DNA of 64,000 nucleotides from a virus (lineage: Duplodnaviria > Caudoviricetes), in the IMG/VR virus record IMGVR_UViG_2757320666_000001, positions 24,422 to 88,421 of that record; one strand, given 5' to 3'. Position numbers and translations under genes: made by a program. Below the pieces are notes generated by a model. It was not told where the DNA came from. It worked only from the letters and a program-made list of their open reading frames with translations, and did no database searches. Numbering within the stretch: the stretch's first letter is position 1; each line of letters opens with the position of its first letter. Of this stretch, positions 28,759 to 38,424 are shown piece after piece.

Positions 28759-29076
28759 TTATTTTTTACAATGTTCCATTAAATAAATTTGAATGACATC
28801 CCAATTAATACCAATATTGGCATCATGTTTATGAATAATCATTTCTAAAACTTCTTCAAATTTTGTCTCATCAAAATCTAAATCAGGACTAAAACCTTTT
28901 AAATTTTCAGCTTGATGTTTAAGGTCTTCTACAGACCAAGATATACTTCGAGATTTTGGATAGTAATCATTTTCAACTAATTCTATGACTTTCATCATAC
29001 CATAACCTTTAGCTTTTTCTCTTGAATCTCCAAAATCTAATAATTCTTGAGCATGTTGTTTTAATTCTTTTAGCAT
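28759..29076 (-). CDS. Hypothetical protein
   Basis: 105-aa ORF in the operon direction. Confidence 0.5.
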   Translation of the reverse strand: MLKELKQHAQELLDFGDSREKAKGYGMMKVIELVENDYYPKSRSISWSVEDLKHQAENLKGFSPDLDFDETKFEEVLEMIIHKHDANIGINWDVIQIYLMEHCKK

Positions 29077-29090
29077 AATATGATATTTAT

Positions 29091-29116
29091 AAAGAGGAGT
29101 ATTTCTACTCCTCTTT
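29091..29116 (-). terminator. Hairpin, putative intrinsic terminator
   Basis: AAAGAGGAGTA-(GAAA on minus)-TACTCCTCTTT, 11-bp stem just after the MazG-like stop. Confidence 0.6.
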
Positions 29117-29121
29117 TAAGA

Positions 29122-29700
29122 TTATTTTTCTAATTCTACTCTTTCAGCTTCTAAATTTCTATTTAAAGCAGCTTCATTAGTAAAAGAATCAGGGTATCTT
29201 ACTTGTAATTTGTTAATATTATTTGTAAGTAATTGATAAAAATCAAATTGCCAAAAATCAGAAAGAAATTTAGTAACTGTAAGTAAATTAAAAGTGTTCA
29301 TCATATCAAGATTACCAAAGAAATCTTTGTAAAATTGAATAGTAAAATCAACTTTAACATCAGTAGTTCTTTCAGGAATTTTAATAAAATCATCATAAAC
29401 ACTACATAGATTCAACCATAAAGTCTTATCAACTTCTGTAATATCATCTAATAAAATTAATCCTTCAAGATTAGCTTTATTAGCAATATACCACATTTTA
29501 TCAGAAATTTCTTCTCCTATATTGACTACATCAACAGGTTTTGAATAAGCTAAATTCTTTTTACATACATCAAGTATTTCTCCAACTTCTGTAGTAATTC
29601 CTAACCACATGTGATTCTGATTTTTTTCATCAGTTTGTAAATCAACACAGGTTCTACTTGCTAATTGCTGGTATTCAGCAATATTTTTAATTTTTTCCAT
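29122..29700 (-). CDS. MazG-like nucleotide pyrophosphohydrolase
   Basis: GITTEVGEILD...EEISDKMWY acidic ExxE/ExxD pattern and the C-terminal NINKLQVRYP typical of phage MazG-like proteins. Confidence 0.75.
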   Translation of the reverse strand: MEKIKNIAEYQQLASRTCVDLQTDEKNQNHMWLGITTEVGEILDVCKKNLAYSKPVDVVNIGEEISDKMWYIANKANLEGLILLDDITEVDKTLWLNLCSVYDDFIKIPERTTDVKVDFTIQFYKDFFGNLDMMNTFNLLTVTKFLSDFWQFDFYQLLTNNINKLQVRYPDSFTNEAALNRNLEAERVELEK

Positions 29701-29712
29701 CTTAAATTTTTA

Positions 29713-29997
29713 TTATTCTACACCAATAATTTCATCATAGTAAACAATAGTATGTAAAATTGTTTTTACATCTTTTACTTCTTCTATAATTTTAGCACCA
29801 TGAAAATCCACATGTTTTGTAAAAATAGGTACATCTCCTACATTTATAATACCTTCTGGACATTCTTCTCCTAACTGTAAAACTTTAAAAGTTATATCAA
29901 ATGTTTCCTCTGGAGCAGATTTACCAGTTAATATAATTTTAGTTTGTTTTTTAGTCATTGTTTGTTCTACAAGAACTCTTCTACCTATTACTTTCAT
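29713..29997 (-). CDS. groES: GroES/Cpn10-like co-chaperonin
   Basis: 94 aa; MKVIGRRVLVE...IILTG mobile-loop pattern, VLQLGE, VGDV; size fits. Confidence 0.65.
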   Translation of the reverse strand: MKVIGRRVLVEQTMTKKQTKIILTGKSAPEETFDITFKVLQLGEECPEGIINVGDVPIFTKHVDFHGAKIIEEVKDVKTILHTIVYYDEIIGVE

Positions 29998-30018
29998 AAT
30001 TTTTATTTTTAAATTAGC

Positions 30019-31104
30019 TTACAAAGATAAGTTATTATCTACAATATATCTATATTGAATAAAACCTTTTAAATTATTACACCAACCTAAATCTCTTCGA
30101 GTAATAGCTTTTTCTCTATTTAATCCTTGAACAGTTTTTACAGCAGTATAATATTCTTCATCAGACATTGCTCTTGCTGTATGTTCAAATGGACTTGAAT
30201 GAGGAGGATGTTGATTTAAAAGTCTATCATGTAAAGCAATTAAGTTTTCATAGTTAAGCTCTTTTTCTTCTCCTACTACTGTATAAGAAGTTCTTGCTGC
30301 CATTGCTACTGAAATTTTAATATCATTTAATTCAAAATCTTTTACTAATTTATCAATATCATCAGCATTTATATCAGAATAACTTTCAAATCTCTCAATA
30401 AAAGGAATATGCCACTCTCCAGCTTTTAATTGTTTAGGTGTACTTTCATTGTAAGCATCCCAAATACATTCAGCTAAAGCCATCATGTGAATTTCAGCTT
30501 GACCTGTATTTTGTTTTAACCAAAATAAATCATTCCAATCATTTACTTCTACTGGTCTTGTAACATCTTTTCCTGTCTCAAAAGTACCATTCCAAGCAGC
30601 TACCCAGTCTTTTTTACTTCTATAAGATTTGTTTTCAGGTTCAAAATAATATTGAGGACATCTTAAATAAAAGAAATTATCCCAACCTGATTTTGGTCCA
30701 GTAATTAACATAGTAGTCCACATAAAAGGTTCTAAAAGTCTGTTACAAAGTTGTTTAGTAACTTTATTTTTATCCAAATCTTTTGCTCCTTCTACAGCTC
30801 TATCTCTTGCTATAAACCAACTTTCTTGTAAATCAAGAATTTCATGTTCTCCTTCCCAATATTCTGTTCCTTGCATACCTTTATGGTCTTTTTGCCAACC
30901 AATAGGAACAAATGGATTTCTCTCAATCATTTCTAATAATTTACTAAATGGAATAGCTCTTGATGATGAGGTATTTTTACTTAACATCCTGTGAGTATTT
31001 ATTTCGCTTAAAATTATACGAGGAAATGTTATTAAAAAAGATGTCAATCTTTCTCCCTGTGGACTTATACTATCTGCAACTATCTCTGCACTTATTTTAC
31101 TCAT
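30019..31104 (-). CDS. thyX: Flavin-dependent thymidylate synthase
   Basis: SEINTHRMLSKNTSSSRAIP matches the ThyX xHRxxSxxxxSxR motif; NRLLEPF; HSSPFEH. Confidence 0.85.
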   Translation of the reverse strand: MSKISAEIVADSISPQGERLTSFLITFPRIILSEINTHRMLSKNTSSSRAIPFSKLLEMIERNPFVPIGWQKDHKGMQGTEYWEGEHEILDLQESWFIARDRAVEGAKDLDKNKVTKQLCNRLLEPFMWTTMLITGPKSGWDNFFYLRCPQYYFEPENKSYRSKKDWVAAWNGTFETGKDVTRPVEVNDWNDLFWLKQNTGQAEIHMMALAECIWDAYNESTPKQLKAGEWHIPFIERFESYSDINADDIDKLVKDFELNDIKISVAMAARTSYTVVGEEKELNYENLIALHDRLLNQHPPHSSPFEHTARAMSDEEYYTAVKTVQGLNREKAITRRDLGWCNNLKGFIQYRYIVDNNLSL

Positions 31105-31729
31105 TGTTTTGATTTTTATAATTTTTAAATTCTTCCTCTGTCATATCACCTTTACTACAATTACAACTTAAACAAGCCATTGTTATATTGTTAGAAGAAT
31201 GAGTTCCCCCTTTATTTAAAGGAAGTTTATGTTCTAATGTTCTAAATTTTACAGAAATATCTTCTTCACAGTAATAGCATATATTTTGACCATACACTTC
31301 TATTACAAATTCAGAAGTTACAGTACCATCACTTACCAATTTAATTTTATTTCTTCTGTTAAACTGATTAATTCTATGTAATGACCTCCACCAAAGTCTA
31401 TTATTATCTCTGTATTTTTGTGTTTGTACTCTCCTCTCTTCTTTAGTTTTTCTTTTAAGTTGTCTTTTAGAAGAACAAGATTTACAATATGAAGATTTAC
31501 CTTTTCTACCTCTTATAGAATCACTAAAGTTTTCTAATTCTACCATATCTTTACACTCACCACATTGCTTATGTGTATCAGTTACAGTTGGTATAAATTT
31601 CAAAGTGCAACCAATACTTATAGAATATTTTTGATTTCTCTTCTGTACACAATTTTTACAATTATATTTTCTTGAAGGAGTAAATTCTACTTCGGGTTCA
31701 GATTTATGACAGTCATTACAAATTTTCAT
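31097..31729 (-). CDS. Free-standing HNH homing endonuclease with N-terminal Cys-pair repeats
   Basis: CYYC..EHKLPLNKGGTHSSNNITMACLSCNCSKG HNH motif; several CxxC pairs upstream. Confidence 0.85.
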   Translation of the reverse strand: MKICNDCHKSEPEVEFTPSRKYNCKNCVQKRNQKYSISIGCTLKFIPTVTDTHKQCGECKDMVELENFSDSIRGRKGKSSYCKSCSSKRQLKRKTKEERRVQTQKYRDNNRLWWRSLHRINQFNRRNKIKLVSDGTVTSEFVIEVYGQNICYYCEEDISVKFRTLEHKLPLNKGGTHSSNNITMACLSCNCSKGDMTEEEFKNYKNQNNE

Positions 31730-31749
31730 ATATTCATTCTTTTAGAGAA

Positions 31750-31779
31750 CAAATATATGAAAATTTTTTACTTCTACAA
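31750..31779 (-). promoter_or_regulatory. Bacteroidetes sigma70-type promoter (-33 TTG / -7 TAnnTTTG) for the HNH-thyX genes
   Basis: Minus strand TTG, 19-nt spacer, then TATATTTG, about 20 nt before the HNH ATG. Confidence 0.6.
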
Positions 31780-31804
31780 GAATAGGTAAGCCACTATTTC
31801 TGCT

Positions 31805-32029
31805 TTAATCATTAAAATATATTTTTTGTAATATTAAACAATCTGTTTTACCTTCTACTAATAAATCATTCAAATCCCTTAAAGTAGAACCTTCTTTTAG
31901 AGTAATTTCCATAGATTTTACTGTTTCTGTTTCAGTAAATTCTATTATTTTTTTCTCTATTTCATCTGTCATTCTACCTTCAAATGTTTCAAAGATAACT
32001 TGACCATTTTTTATAAATTCTGCTTTCAT
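31805..32029 (-). CDS. Hypothetical protein
   Basis: 74-aa ORF, 4-nt overlap with the upstream ORF. Confidence 0.5.
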   Translation of the reverse strand: MKAEFIKNGQVIFETFEGRMTDEIEKKIIEFTETETVKSMEITLKEGSTLRDLNDLLVEGKTDCLILQKIYFND

Positions 32030-32223
32030 AATTCTTGATTTATTGTTGCTTTTAATTCTATACTAAATTCTTTTTCAGAACTTATAGATACTGTTTTCTT
32101 ATCAGTAGCTATGTTAAAATTACATACTACACCTTCTGCATGTAATTCTTTTAATCCTTCTTCTAAAGCACCTAATAAAATTTTGATACCTTGTACTTTC
32201 TCTTTAATTGTTATATCACTCAT
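32026..32223 (-). CDS. Hypothetical protein
   Basis: 65-aa ORF. Confidence 0.5.
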   Translation of the reverse strand: MSDITIKEKVQGIKILLGALEEGLKELHAEGVVCNFNIATDKKTVSISSEKEFSIELKATINQEL

Positions 32224-32225
32224 TT

Positions 32226-32339
32226 TTAAGTTTTTTTGTTAATACAATCTTCACATTGTAAAGGTAAATGTAAGTTAGAATCTTCTACATAAAATACTTT
32301 ATTACAATTAGAATTTATACATTCTTTTGGTTTACTCAT
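32226..32339 (-). CDS. 37-aa zinc-ribbon microprotein (not in the ORF track)
   Basis: MSKPKECINSNCNKVFYVEDSNLHLPLQCEDCINKKT*; CxxxxC...CxxC; fills the gap exactly, overlapping the helicase stop and ending 2 nt before the next ATG. Confidence 0.6.
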   Translation of the reverse strand: MSKPKECINSNCNKVFYVEDSNLHLPLQCEDCINKKT

Positions 32340-33831
32340 CTTCTGATTTAATTATTAAGTAATAAAGTTCTTTTTTTGCTCTGGTTCTTGCTACATATTT
32401 CAAATTTTGTTCTTGTTCTAATTGCATTGGTGATTTAGCAAATTTAGAAGGTATCAAAAATTCATTTAAAATATATACTACATCAGCTTCTAAACCTTTT
32501 GATTTATGAATAGTACACAATGTAATTACTGTTTCATCTTCTGGTTCAGCAAATAATTGTTTCAAAGATTGTAATAAAACTTCTATTTTATTATCTCCTA
32601 TAACTAAATGAGTTATTAAAAGAATAAAATTAGAATAATTTTGTTTCAATCTGTATAGTTTAAACCTTTCATCATCATTCTTATTCTCAATTCTTTCTAA
32701 TCTTGTCAATTCAGAAGCTATTTTTCTTTTAGTTTCATCAACAGTTTTATAAGAATATGGTTTTAAGAATTTAGTTATAGAAGCTAAAATGTCATCACCT
32801 TTAATAAATACCTTTCTATTTAAAGAAAGTAATTGAAAATATAAGTCTATAAGAGGAGTAGAATTTCTACAAATAACCATTGAACCATCTTGAATCAAAG
32901 ATACATCTTCAATATTCTCAACAATTCCTGGTTCTTGCTTAAATCCTTCCATTACATTATATACTTTATTTGCTTCATCTACAACTAATTGAGGACATCT
33001 ATAACAAACATCTAATGGTAATTCAACTACATTAGGTTCTTCTTTAATTAAATCAAAAGAATTACCATAAGCACCTGAAAATCCATAAATTGATTGTCTT
33101 CTATCTCCAATTTTGACCCATTTTTGTATATCACCTTGATTTACCAGCAGATGAATAAATTGATGTTGTGCATAACTTAAATCCTGAACTTCATCAATCA
33201 TCAAATAATAGGGTTGAACTGCTACCATAATTTTCTCTCTTACAACAAGATATATCATATCATTGAAATCAATTTCAATTTTATTACCAGTATAAGTTTG
33301 TTCCCTCAAAGTAATAAATTCAGTCCAAAGTTGTTCTAAATTAGCATGTTCAAAATAGAATTTATCCATTTGTTTCATAAAGCCAAAAAGTTCTTTCATA
33401 TCATTAGTAAGAAAAACTCTTGATAAGTCATTCATTTCCATAATAGTCATACTAATTTTAGCTCTTTCTTCCCAAATTAATGAACCAAATAGTCTTTTAT
33501 TAAATCTTTCCAAATCTTTCATTAATTGCCAAGATTTGTTATTATTTATAACAACATTTCCTGAACCATAATGATTTCTAATTGAAAGTAAACCTAAAGA
33601 ATGGATAGTCATAGCTTTAGCATGAGCATATCCATTCTGTTCAATTTTACTTTGAATTTCTTCTTGAATTGATTTATTAAAAGCTAAAAATAAAGTTCTA
33701 TATTCACATCTTTCTAAAATACCCATTAAAGTAGTAGTTTTACCACTACCTGCTACAGATTGAATAAGTAGATTATGATTTGTTGAAGTCCAAGTATCAT
33801 ATACAACTTGTTGTTTTATACTTGGTATCAT
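32332..33831 (-). CDS. UvrD/Rep-like superfamily 1 helicase
   Basis: AGSGKTT (Walker A), IDEVQD (Walker B), GDRRQSIYGF, YRCP, TIHKSKGLE, YVARTRAK. Confidence 0.9.
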   Translation of the reverse strand: MIPSIKQQVVYDTWTSTNHNLLIQSVAGSGKTTTLMGILERCEYRTLFLAFNKSIQEEIQSKIEQNGYAHAKAMTIHSLGLLSIRNHYGSGNVVINNNKSWQLMKDLERFNKRLFGSLIWEERAKISMTIMEMNDLSRVFLTNDMKELFGFMKQMDKFYFEHANLEQLWTEFITLREQTYTGNKIEIDFNDMIYLVVREKIMVAVQPYYLMIDEVQDLSYAQHQFIHLLVNQGDIQKWVKIGDRRQSIYGFSGAYGNSFDLIKEEPNVVELPLDVCYRCPQLVVDEANKVYNVMEGFKQEPGIVENIEDVSLIQDGSMVICRNSTPLIDLYFQLLSLNRKVFIKGDDILASITKFLKPYSYKTVDETKRKIASELTRLERIENKNDDERFKLYRLKQNYSNFILLITHLVIGDNKIEVLLQSLKQLFAEPEDETVITLCTIHKSKGLEADVVYILNEFLIPSKFAKSPMQLEQEQNLKYVARTRAKKELYYLIIKSEDE

Positions 33832-33989
33832 TCAGCTAAAATTTTAGAAATTTCTATTGCAGTTTTCTTATTATGAGCTACTTCTTTTTCAAGTATAGCA
33901 ATCATTTCATTGATTTCACCAATTTCATCAGAACCTATCCTATCAGACCATTGCTTCATAGCTTTTAATCTGTTAATTACTTCTATCAT
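33828..33989 (-). CDS. 53-aa hypothetical protein (not in the ORF track)
   Basis: MIEVINRLKAMKQWSDRIGSDEIGEINEMIAILEKEVAHNKKTAIEISKILAE*; ATGA overlaps at both ends. Confidence 0.6.
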   Translation of the reverse strand: MIEVINRLKAMKQWSDRIGSDEIGEINEMIAILEKEVAHNKKTAIEISKILAE

Positions 33990-34186
33990 AGTTTTTCAAT
34001 ATCTTTAAGTTCATAAACATCTATCCATTTTTTATTACAATCTTCTTCATTACATTTAACAGTTCTACTACAAGAATTTGTATCAAAATCTGGATGGTCT
34101 GCTGTAATATCTCCTGAATGACAATATGGACATTCATCTGGATTTTTCAGATAATGTTCTTTTTGTTCTTGTGTTAATTTAGCCAT
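33986..34186 (-). CDS. Small zinc-ribbon protein
   Basis: MAKLTQEQ...CPYCHS...CNEEDC; start re-assigned to the ATG overlapping the upstream TAA. Confidence 0.55.
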   Translation of the reverse strand: MAKLTQEQKEHYLKNPDECPYCHSGDITADHPDFDTNSCSRTVKCNEEDCNKKWIDVYELKDIEKL

Positions 34187-34341
34187 TATTGACAATATTT
34201 AATTTGTTGTTTCCAATATGAAATTAATGTATAAGCATTATCACAGTAATCTTTAAATTCTTCTTCATTTAAAGATGGTTCAATTTCTTCAATAGATTTC
34301 TCTATTTGACCAATAATTTGATTAATCTTTTGCTTTTCCAT
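34186..34341 (-). CDS. 51-aa hypothetical protein (not in the ORF track)
   Basis: MEKQKINQIIGQIEKSIEEIEPSLNEEEFKDYCDNAYTLISYWKQQIKYCQ*; TAATG coupling to the next gene. Confidence 0.5.
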   Translation of the reverse strand: MEKQKINQIIGQIEKSIEEIEPSLNEEEFKDYCDNAYTLISYWKQQIKYCQ

Positions 34342-35143
34342 TGATTTTAGAATTTACAATTGATAATAAAGCATGAGAATTACATATACCATAACCTGCA
34401 TTCATAACATCAATAACAGATAAACAAGGTTTATTTGATAAAATAAATTCTTGAGCAGCTTCTTTTGTTGAAAAATGCCAAGCTGATTCAGACATGTGTT
34501 CAAAATTATATTGTTTATTAGCAAAAGTTTGATGATTATACAATTCAAAATCTTTTTTAAATACTCTAAAATACTCATTACCTTCATAAATTTCTTCTCC
34601 ATCTTTAGTTGTGAAAAGATAATTATTAATGTGTCTAATTGTATTTAGTGGCATAGTTGTACCAGATTCAGCTTGACAAATAATTTTAATACCAGGATAA
34701 AAAAATGTTATATTTTGAACTTTAAAATTAGTCAATTCATCTGTTAAAGAATCTTGAACTCTATTACCTAAAGTAAATAATTCTCCATCAGATAATCTTT
34801 TAACTGAATAAATAGACCAATGTTTCATTTTAACAAGACCTTCTTCTCCTTTCCAAGTTAAAATCTTATCACCTTTATATTGACCATTTTCTTGCTTGGT
34901 AATAATTTCACCTTTTCTTAACTCATTAAAGTTTTGATTACATACAAAAGATAAGATTTCATAATTTTTTTCAATTACTTCTTCCCAATATTCAGGATAA
35001 TTTTCTACATAATTTTGTGAAACAGTCATATTTACATTAGGACTGTTTATATCAAAATATACAAAAACACCTCTTCTATCCACAATAGTACCTAATTTAG
35101 GTGAACCTGGATATTCTTTGATTAGTTTATACTTCTTTGTCAT
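34322..35143 (-). CDS. Hypothetical phage protein
   Basis: 273 aa starting MTKKYKLIKEYPGSPKLG; coupled to its neighbours. Confidence 0.55.
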   Translation of the reverse strand: MTKKYKLIKEYPGSPKLGTIVDRRGVFVYFDINSPNVNMTVSQNYVENYPEYWEEVIEKNYEILSFVCNQNFNELRKGEIITKQENGQYKGDKILTWKGEEGLVKMKHWSIYSVKRLSDGELFTLGNRVQDSLTDELTNFKVQNITFFYPGIKIICQAESGTTMPLNTIRHINNYLFTTKDGEEIYEGNEYFRVFKKDFELYNHQTFANKQYNFEHMSESAWHFSTKEAAQEFILSNKPCLSVIDVMNAGYGICNSHALLSIVNSKINGKAKD

Positions 35144-35463
35144 TTTTTTTCAATTTTATCTTTAATAGATGCTTCACATAATATAAGATAATTAATTAAA
35201 TCTCCAATTTTTTCATCTACTTTTTCAGTAGAAGGAAGAATATTATTATCAATATCATTAAGAATATCAATAAATGATACATAATGTTTTAGAGCAAATC
35301 CCCATAATGCTTTTTCTCTTGAAACATTATTTATTCTTGCTGCTACATTAAAATTATGTAAAGGGTCATTATTTCTCTGATATTCCAAACCTTTAATTAA
35401 TAATGTTTCTCTGATTTTTTGTAATCTATTTTCAATTACTTTGTCAAACTCCTCTTGTGTCAT
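35140..35463 (-). CDS. Small all-alpha protein, DUF1599/nucleotide-modification-associated-like
   Basis: Pattern F...L..K..EY....D.L.NF...A...K.LW..ALKH.....IGDLINYLIL; family call from memory. Confidence 0.45.
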   Translation of the reverse strand: MTQEEFDKVIENRLQKIRETLLIKGLEYQRNNDPLHNFNVAARINNVSREKALWGFALKHYVSFIDILNDIDNNILPSTEKVDEKIGDLINYLILCEASIKDKIEKK

Positions 35464-35735
35464 AATTCTACAAATTCTATAGATTTTTTATGTAATTCAG
35501 TCATTACCAGTAAATCTTGATTATCAAATTTTTCATCGGAATCATCCATAGATTCCTGTATTAAACCTACTTCATATTGACAAGATTTTCCAGAAACATC
35601 ATCATCATTTTGCATTGCTGGTGTAACTTGTTCTCTTATGAATCTTTTAAATCCTGGAGTAAATTCTGGATTTAATGCTACTTTAAATAGTGATTGCCAC
35701 ATAATTATAAGTTTAAAAAAATCAAAGTGAAGCAT
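35460..35735 (-). CDS. Hypothetical protein
   Basis: 91-aa ORF; start uncertain. Confidence 0.4.
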   Translation of the reverse strand: MLHFDFFKLIIMWQSLFKVALNPEFTPGFKRFIREQVTPAMQNDDDVSGKSCQYEVGLIQESMDDSDEKFDNQDLLVMTELHKKSIEFVEL

Positions 35736-35764
35736 TGCACTTCACTTTGATTTTATATTATAGA

Positions 35765-36019
35765 CTATTTAGCTCCTTTGAAACCAAATACTTCTCTTGC
35801 TGCAATAGTAAGAGTTTCTCCTGTTTTAGGATTTCTACCTTGTCTTGCTGCCTTTTTCACATTTGAGAAAGTACCATAACCTTGAATAGTTAATTTACCA
35901 TCTTCAATAGCAAGATTTTTACAAGAAGTTAATACAGCTTGAATGTTTTTTTCAGCTTCTTCTTTTGTTTGTCCTGTAACTTCTTGTACAGCTTTTGTTA
36001 GTTTAGCATTATTATTCAT
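35765..36019 (-). CDS. hup: HU/IHF-like histone-like DNA-binding protein
   Basis: GKLTIQGYGTFSNVKKAARQGRNPKTGETLTIAA..FGFK HU signature. Confidence 0.9.
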   Translation of the reverse strand: MNNNAKLTKAVQEVTGQTKEEAEKNIQAVLTSCKNLAIEDGKLTIQGYGTFSNVKKAARQGRNPKTGETLTIAAREVFGFKGAK

Positions 36020-36040
36020 AATAAAGATTAGAGGTTTCCT

Positions 36041-36631
36041 TTACTCCTCAAGGTTCTTATAATTAAAAAATTCTTTTTGTTTTTCAGGAGGGAAGTCATA
36101 TTCCATACCTTCATCTTTCAAGTCTTTGTGTGTTAAAACTGTACCAAATGAATCATTCACTTTTTTGATAAAAATATCTCTCATACTTAAAGATTTTGTA
36201 AGAACTTTTTTAGCTTCCGTTTCTTTTGGAAAAAATTGTTCTAACTCATCTTTACAGTACATTTTACTATATTTACCTTCATTGAATTTATCATATACAT
36301 CACTATGACTTTCTGGAAATTTTATAACAACCATGTGTTTTCTTCCTCTTTCTATATCATCATAAGCATAATCAGTAACATAATATTCCTGATGTTTAAG
36401 ATAATTTAAAAAGTTTTGAAATTTTGCAGGTTGATATAATTTATCTGATAAAATATAAATTAATCTTTGTTGTTCAAAAGGAGTACCATCTAAAAGACAG
36501 TCATGTATTCCAAATGCTAAATTAAAGACAGAATTTAATTTTACTACAAATGTTGGACCATGCAACTTTAAACAAGGTAATAAATATTTATAAGTTTTAT
36601 TTACATATATTTTTCCTAATTCTATTTGCAT
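36041..36631 (-). CDS. Hypothetical protein (crAss-like conserved type)
   Basis: 196 aa; NKTYKYLLPCL N-terminus and F.EGKYSKMY; no function recognised. Confidence 0.5.
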   Translation of the reverse strand: MQIELGKIYVNKTYKYLLPCLKLHGPTFVVKLNSVFNLAFGIHDCLLDGTPFEQQRLIYILSDKLYQPAKFQNFLNYLKHQEYYVTDYAYDDIERGRKHMVVIKFPESHSDVYDKFNEGKYSKMYCKDELEQFFPKETEAKKVLTKSLSMRDIFIKKVNDSFGTVLTHKDLKDEGMEYDFPPEKQKEFFNYKNLEE

Positions 36632-36634
36632 AAT

Positions 36635-37873
36635 TTACACATTTATTACACCATTCCAATCAACAACTAAATGTTCATTTTTATCATCAGCTTCCATAAT
36701 ATCTTTATCCATTTCCCATCCTTTTTCAGTATGGTACAAAAATAAATCAATCAATTGCTCAAAACCATCAATTTTAGACAATATTACATATTGTTCTGGT
36801 ATTGATGTTGAGAAAGAAGTATCAACAACTGTATAAGATGGTCTTCCTTCTCTACCTATTTTAAGTAATGTTTCTGACATTTCATAAATAAGTGGTTTTC
36901 CAGGATTTATCGTAGATTCAACAATGAATTTGAAAGGTTTTAATGATTGTAAATTATTTTGCAAAGCATAATAATCAATTAAAGCATTAGAATACCAAGC
37001 AGCTTGAATATCATATCTATAAGATTTGATACTACTCAAGAAATCAACAGTATTTCCAGACATTGTTTTTAAATCAATACCTTCTACACTAATAATTTTA
37101 CCTTGTTCATCTCTTACTACAACAACCAAATCTAATAATGCTTTACAATTTACTCCTTTGTAATTGAAATATAAAGGCATTTGATAAATAAAGGTTACAT
37201 TTTCCATTTCATTTTGCAACTCTCTATCAAAATATTTAGATGTTCTCCAATGAGTTTTCAATGAAGAAACTATACCTAAAATTTTGTTGTGAGTTGTTGA
37301 ATCAATGATAGTTTTACCAAAAGATTTAGATAAATCTTGAAAGTATTCTGTTCCAGGTTCACAAATAGCTTTCATTTTTGCTTCTGCTCCCCATCTTGAT
37401 TGATAGTTTACTTCTGCACAAGCATCAAGAATATATGCTTCCCAATCATGTAAATAACCAGCAAATTCAGGAAAAGATTTTTTCAATTCAGGAAATTCCA
37501 AAGTATCATTTTCAATACTGATATGGTCTCCATTATCTTTTACTTCAACAGCATCTTTTACAGGATAACTATTTACTTCATTATCATAATCTTCTTTTAC
37601 TCTATTGAATACTGATAATATTATACCAGCAACAGCATCAGAAGGAGCTTTTTCCAATGAAGAAACATAAAATGCTTTTTCAAATTCTCCTTCTTCTCCT
37701 GTTAAAATGGTATCTACAGCTTTACCTAATATAATATGAGGTTTACTATTAATATCTTCTTCAAAAGTAAAATTATCAACTCCTTTTGTCAGTTTTTTTA
37801 ATTTAGACTGTCCTAAACTTTCTGATGCATAATAAGCATCAATTTCACTCTGTGGTGTTATTATTACTCCCAT
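36635..37873 (-). CDS. PD-(D/E)xK exonuclease (RecE/ExoVIII, DUF3799-like)
   Basis: LGQSKLK, LGKAVD, CKALLDLVV, IDLKT, YDIQAAWY motifs. Confidence 0.75.
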   Translation of the reverse strand: MGVIITPQSEIDAYYASESLGQSKLKKLTKGVDNFTFEEDINSKPHIILGKAVDTILTGEEGEFEKAFYVSSLEKAPSDAVAGIILSVFNRVKEDYDNEVNSYPVKDAVEVKDNGDHISIENDTLEFPELKKSFPEFAGYLHDWEAYILDACAEVNYQSRWGAEAKMKAICEPGTEYFQDLSKSFGKTIIDSTTHNKILGIVSSLKTHWRTSKYFDRELQNEMENVTFIYQMPLYFNYKGVNCKALLDLVVVVRDEQGKIISVEGIDLKTMSGNTVDFLSSIKSYRYDIQAAWYSNALIDYYALQNNLQSLKPFKFIVESTINPGKPLIYEMSETLLKIGREGRPSYTVVDTSFSTSIPEQYVILSKIDGFEQLIDLFLYHTEKGWEMDKDIMEADDKNEHLVVDWNGVINV

Positions 37874-38378
37874 TTTCGATGTAGTGTTTTAATATTATTT
37901 CATTTTTAAAAACTTCAAATGTCATATTAACAATAGTTTTAAATTCAGAGTTCATATCAAACTTAAAATCTTTCAATCCATCATATTTCAAGAAAGGATT
38001 TAAAGTTTGAAAAATATCAAACTGTTGTAATGACATATAAACCTTTTCATGTTCAGGAAGTCTTTTATGACCTCTTCCCACTTCTTGATAATGAATTAGC
38101 AATAAAGGTTTCTTAAAAACTTCATCTTCTTTTGGGAACATTGCTTGAATACAGCTATACATAGCAAACAACTCTTTACCTGCATTCATGTTTTTTTGTT
38201 TACCAGCTTTGATTTGCAAATTAAATGGAATATACATTAAATCTATCTTTGCATTATCATGTTTTTTACTGACAAAACGAGAAGTTTCACAAAAATTAAA
38301 ACCTAAATCTCTAAATTTTATGGCATATAATCTTTCTGCATTACTTCCTTTTCTTTTATTCGTTTTTCCTATTCCCAT
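37845..38378 (-). CDS. PD-(D/E)xK nuclease, Holliday junction resolvase-like
   Basis: NKRKGSNAER.YAIKFRDLG...KIDL...LQIKAG fits the archaeal-Hjc-like G..xE...D...(E/Q)xK pattern. Confidence 0.65.
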   Translation of the reverse strand: MGIGKTNKRKGSNAERLYAIKFRDLGFNFCETSRFVSKKHDNAKIDLMYIPFNLQIKAGKQKNMNAGKELFAMYSCIQAMFPKEDEVFKKPLLLIHYQEVGRGHKRLPEHEKVYMSLQQFDIFQTLNPFLKYDGLKDFKFDMNSEFKTIVNMTFEVFKNEIILKHYIENGSNNNTTE

Positions 38379-38424
38379 TAAGGTTTTTAATTTAATTAAA
38401 CAATTAAAAACTTTATGTTACAAA

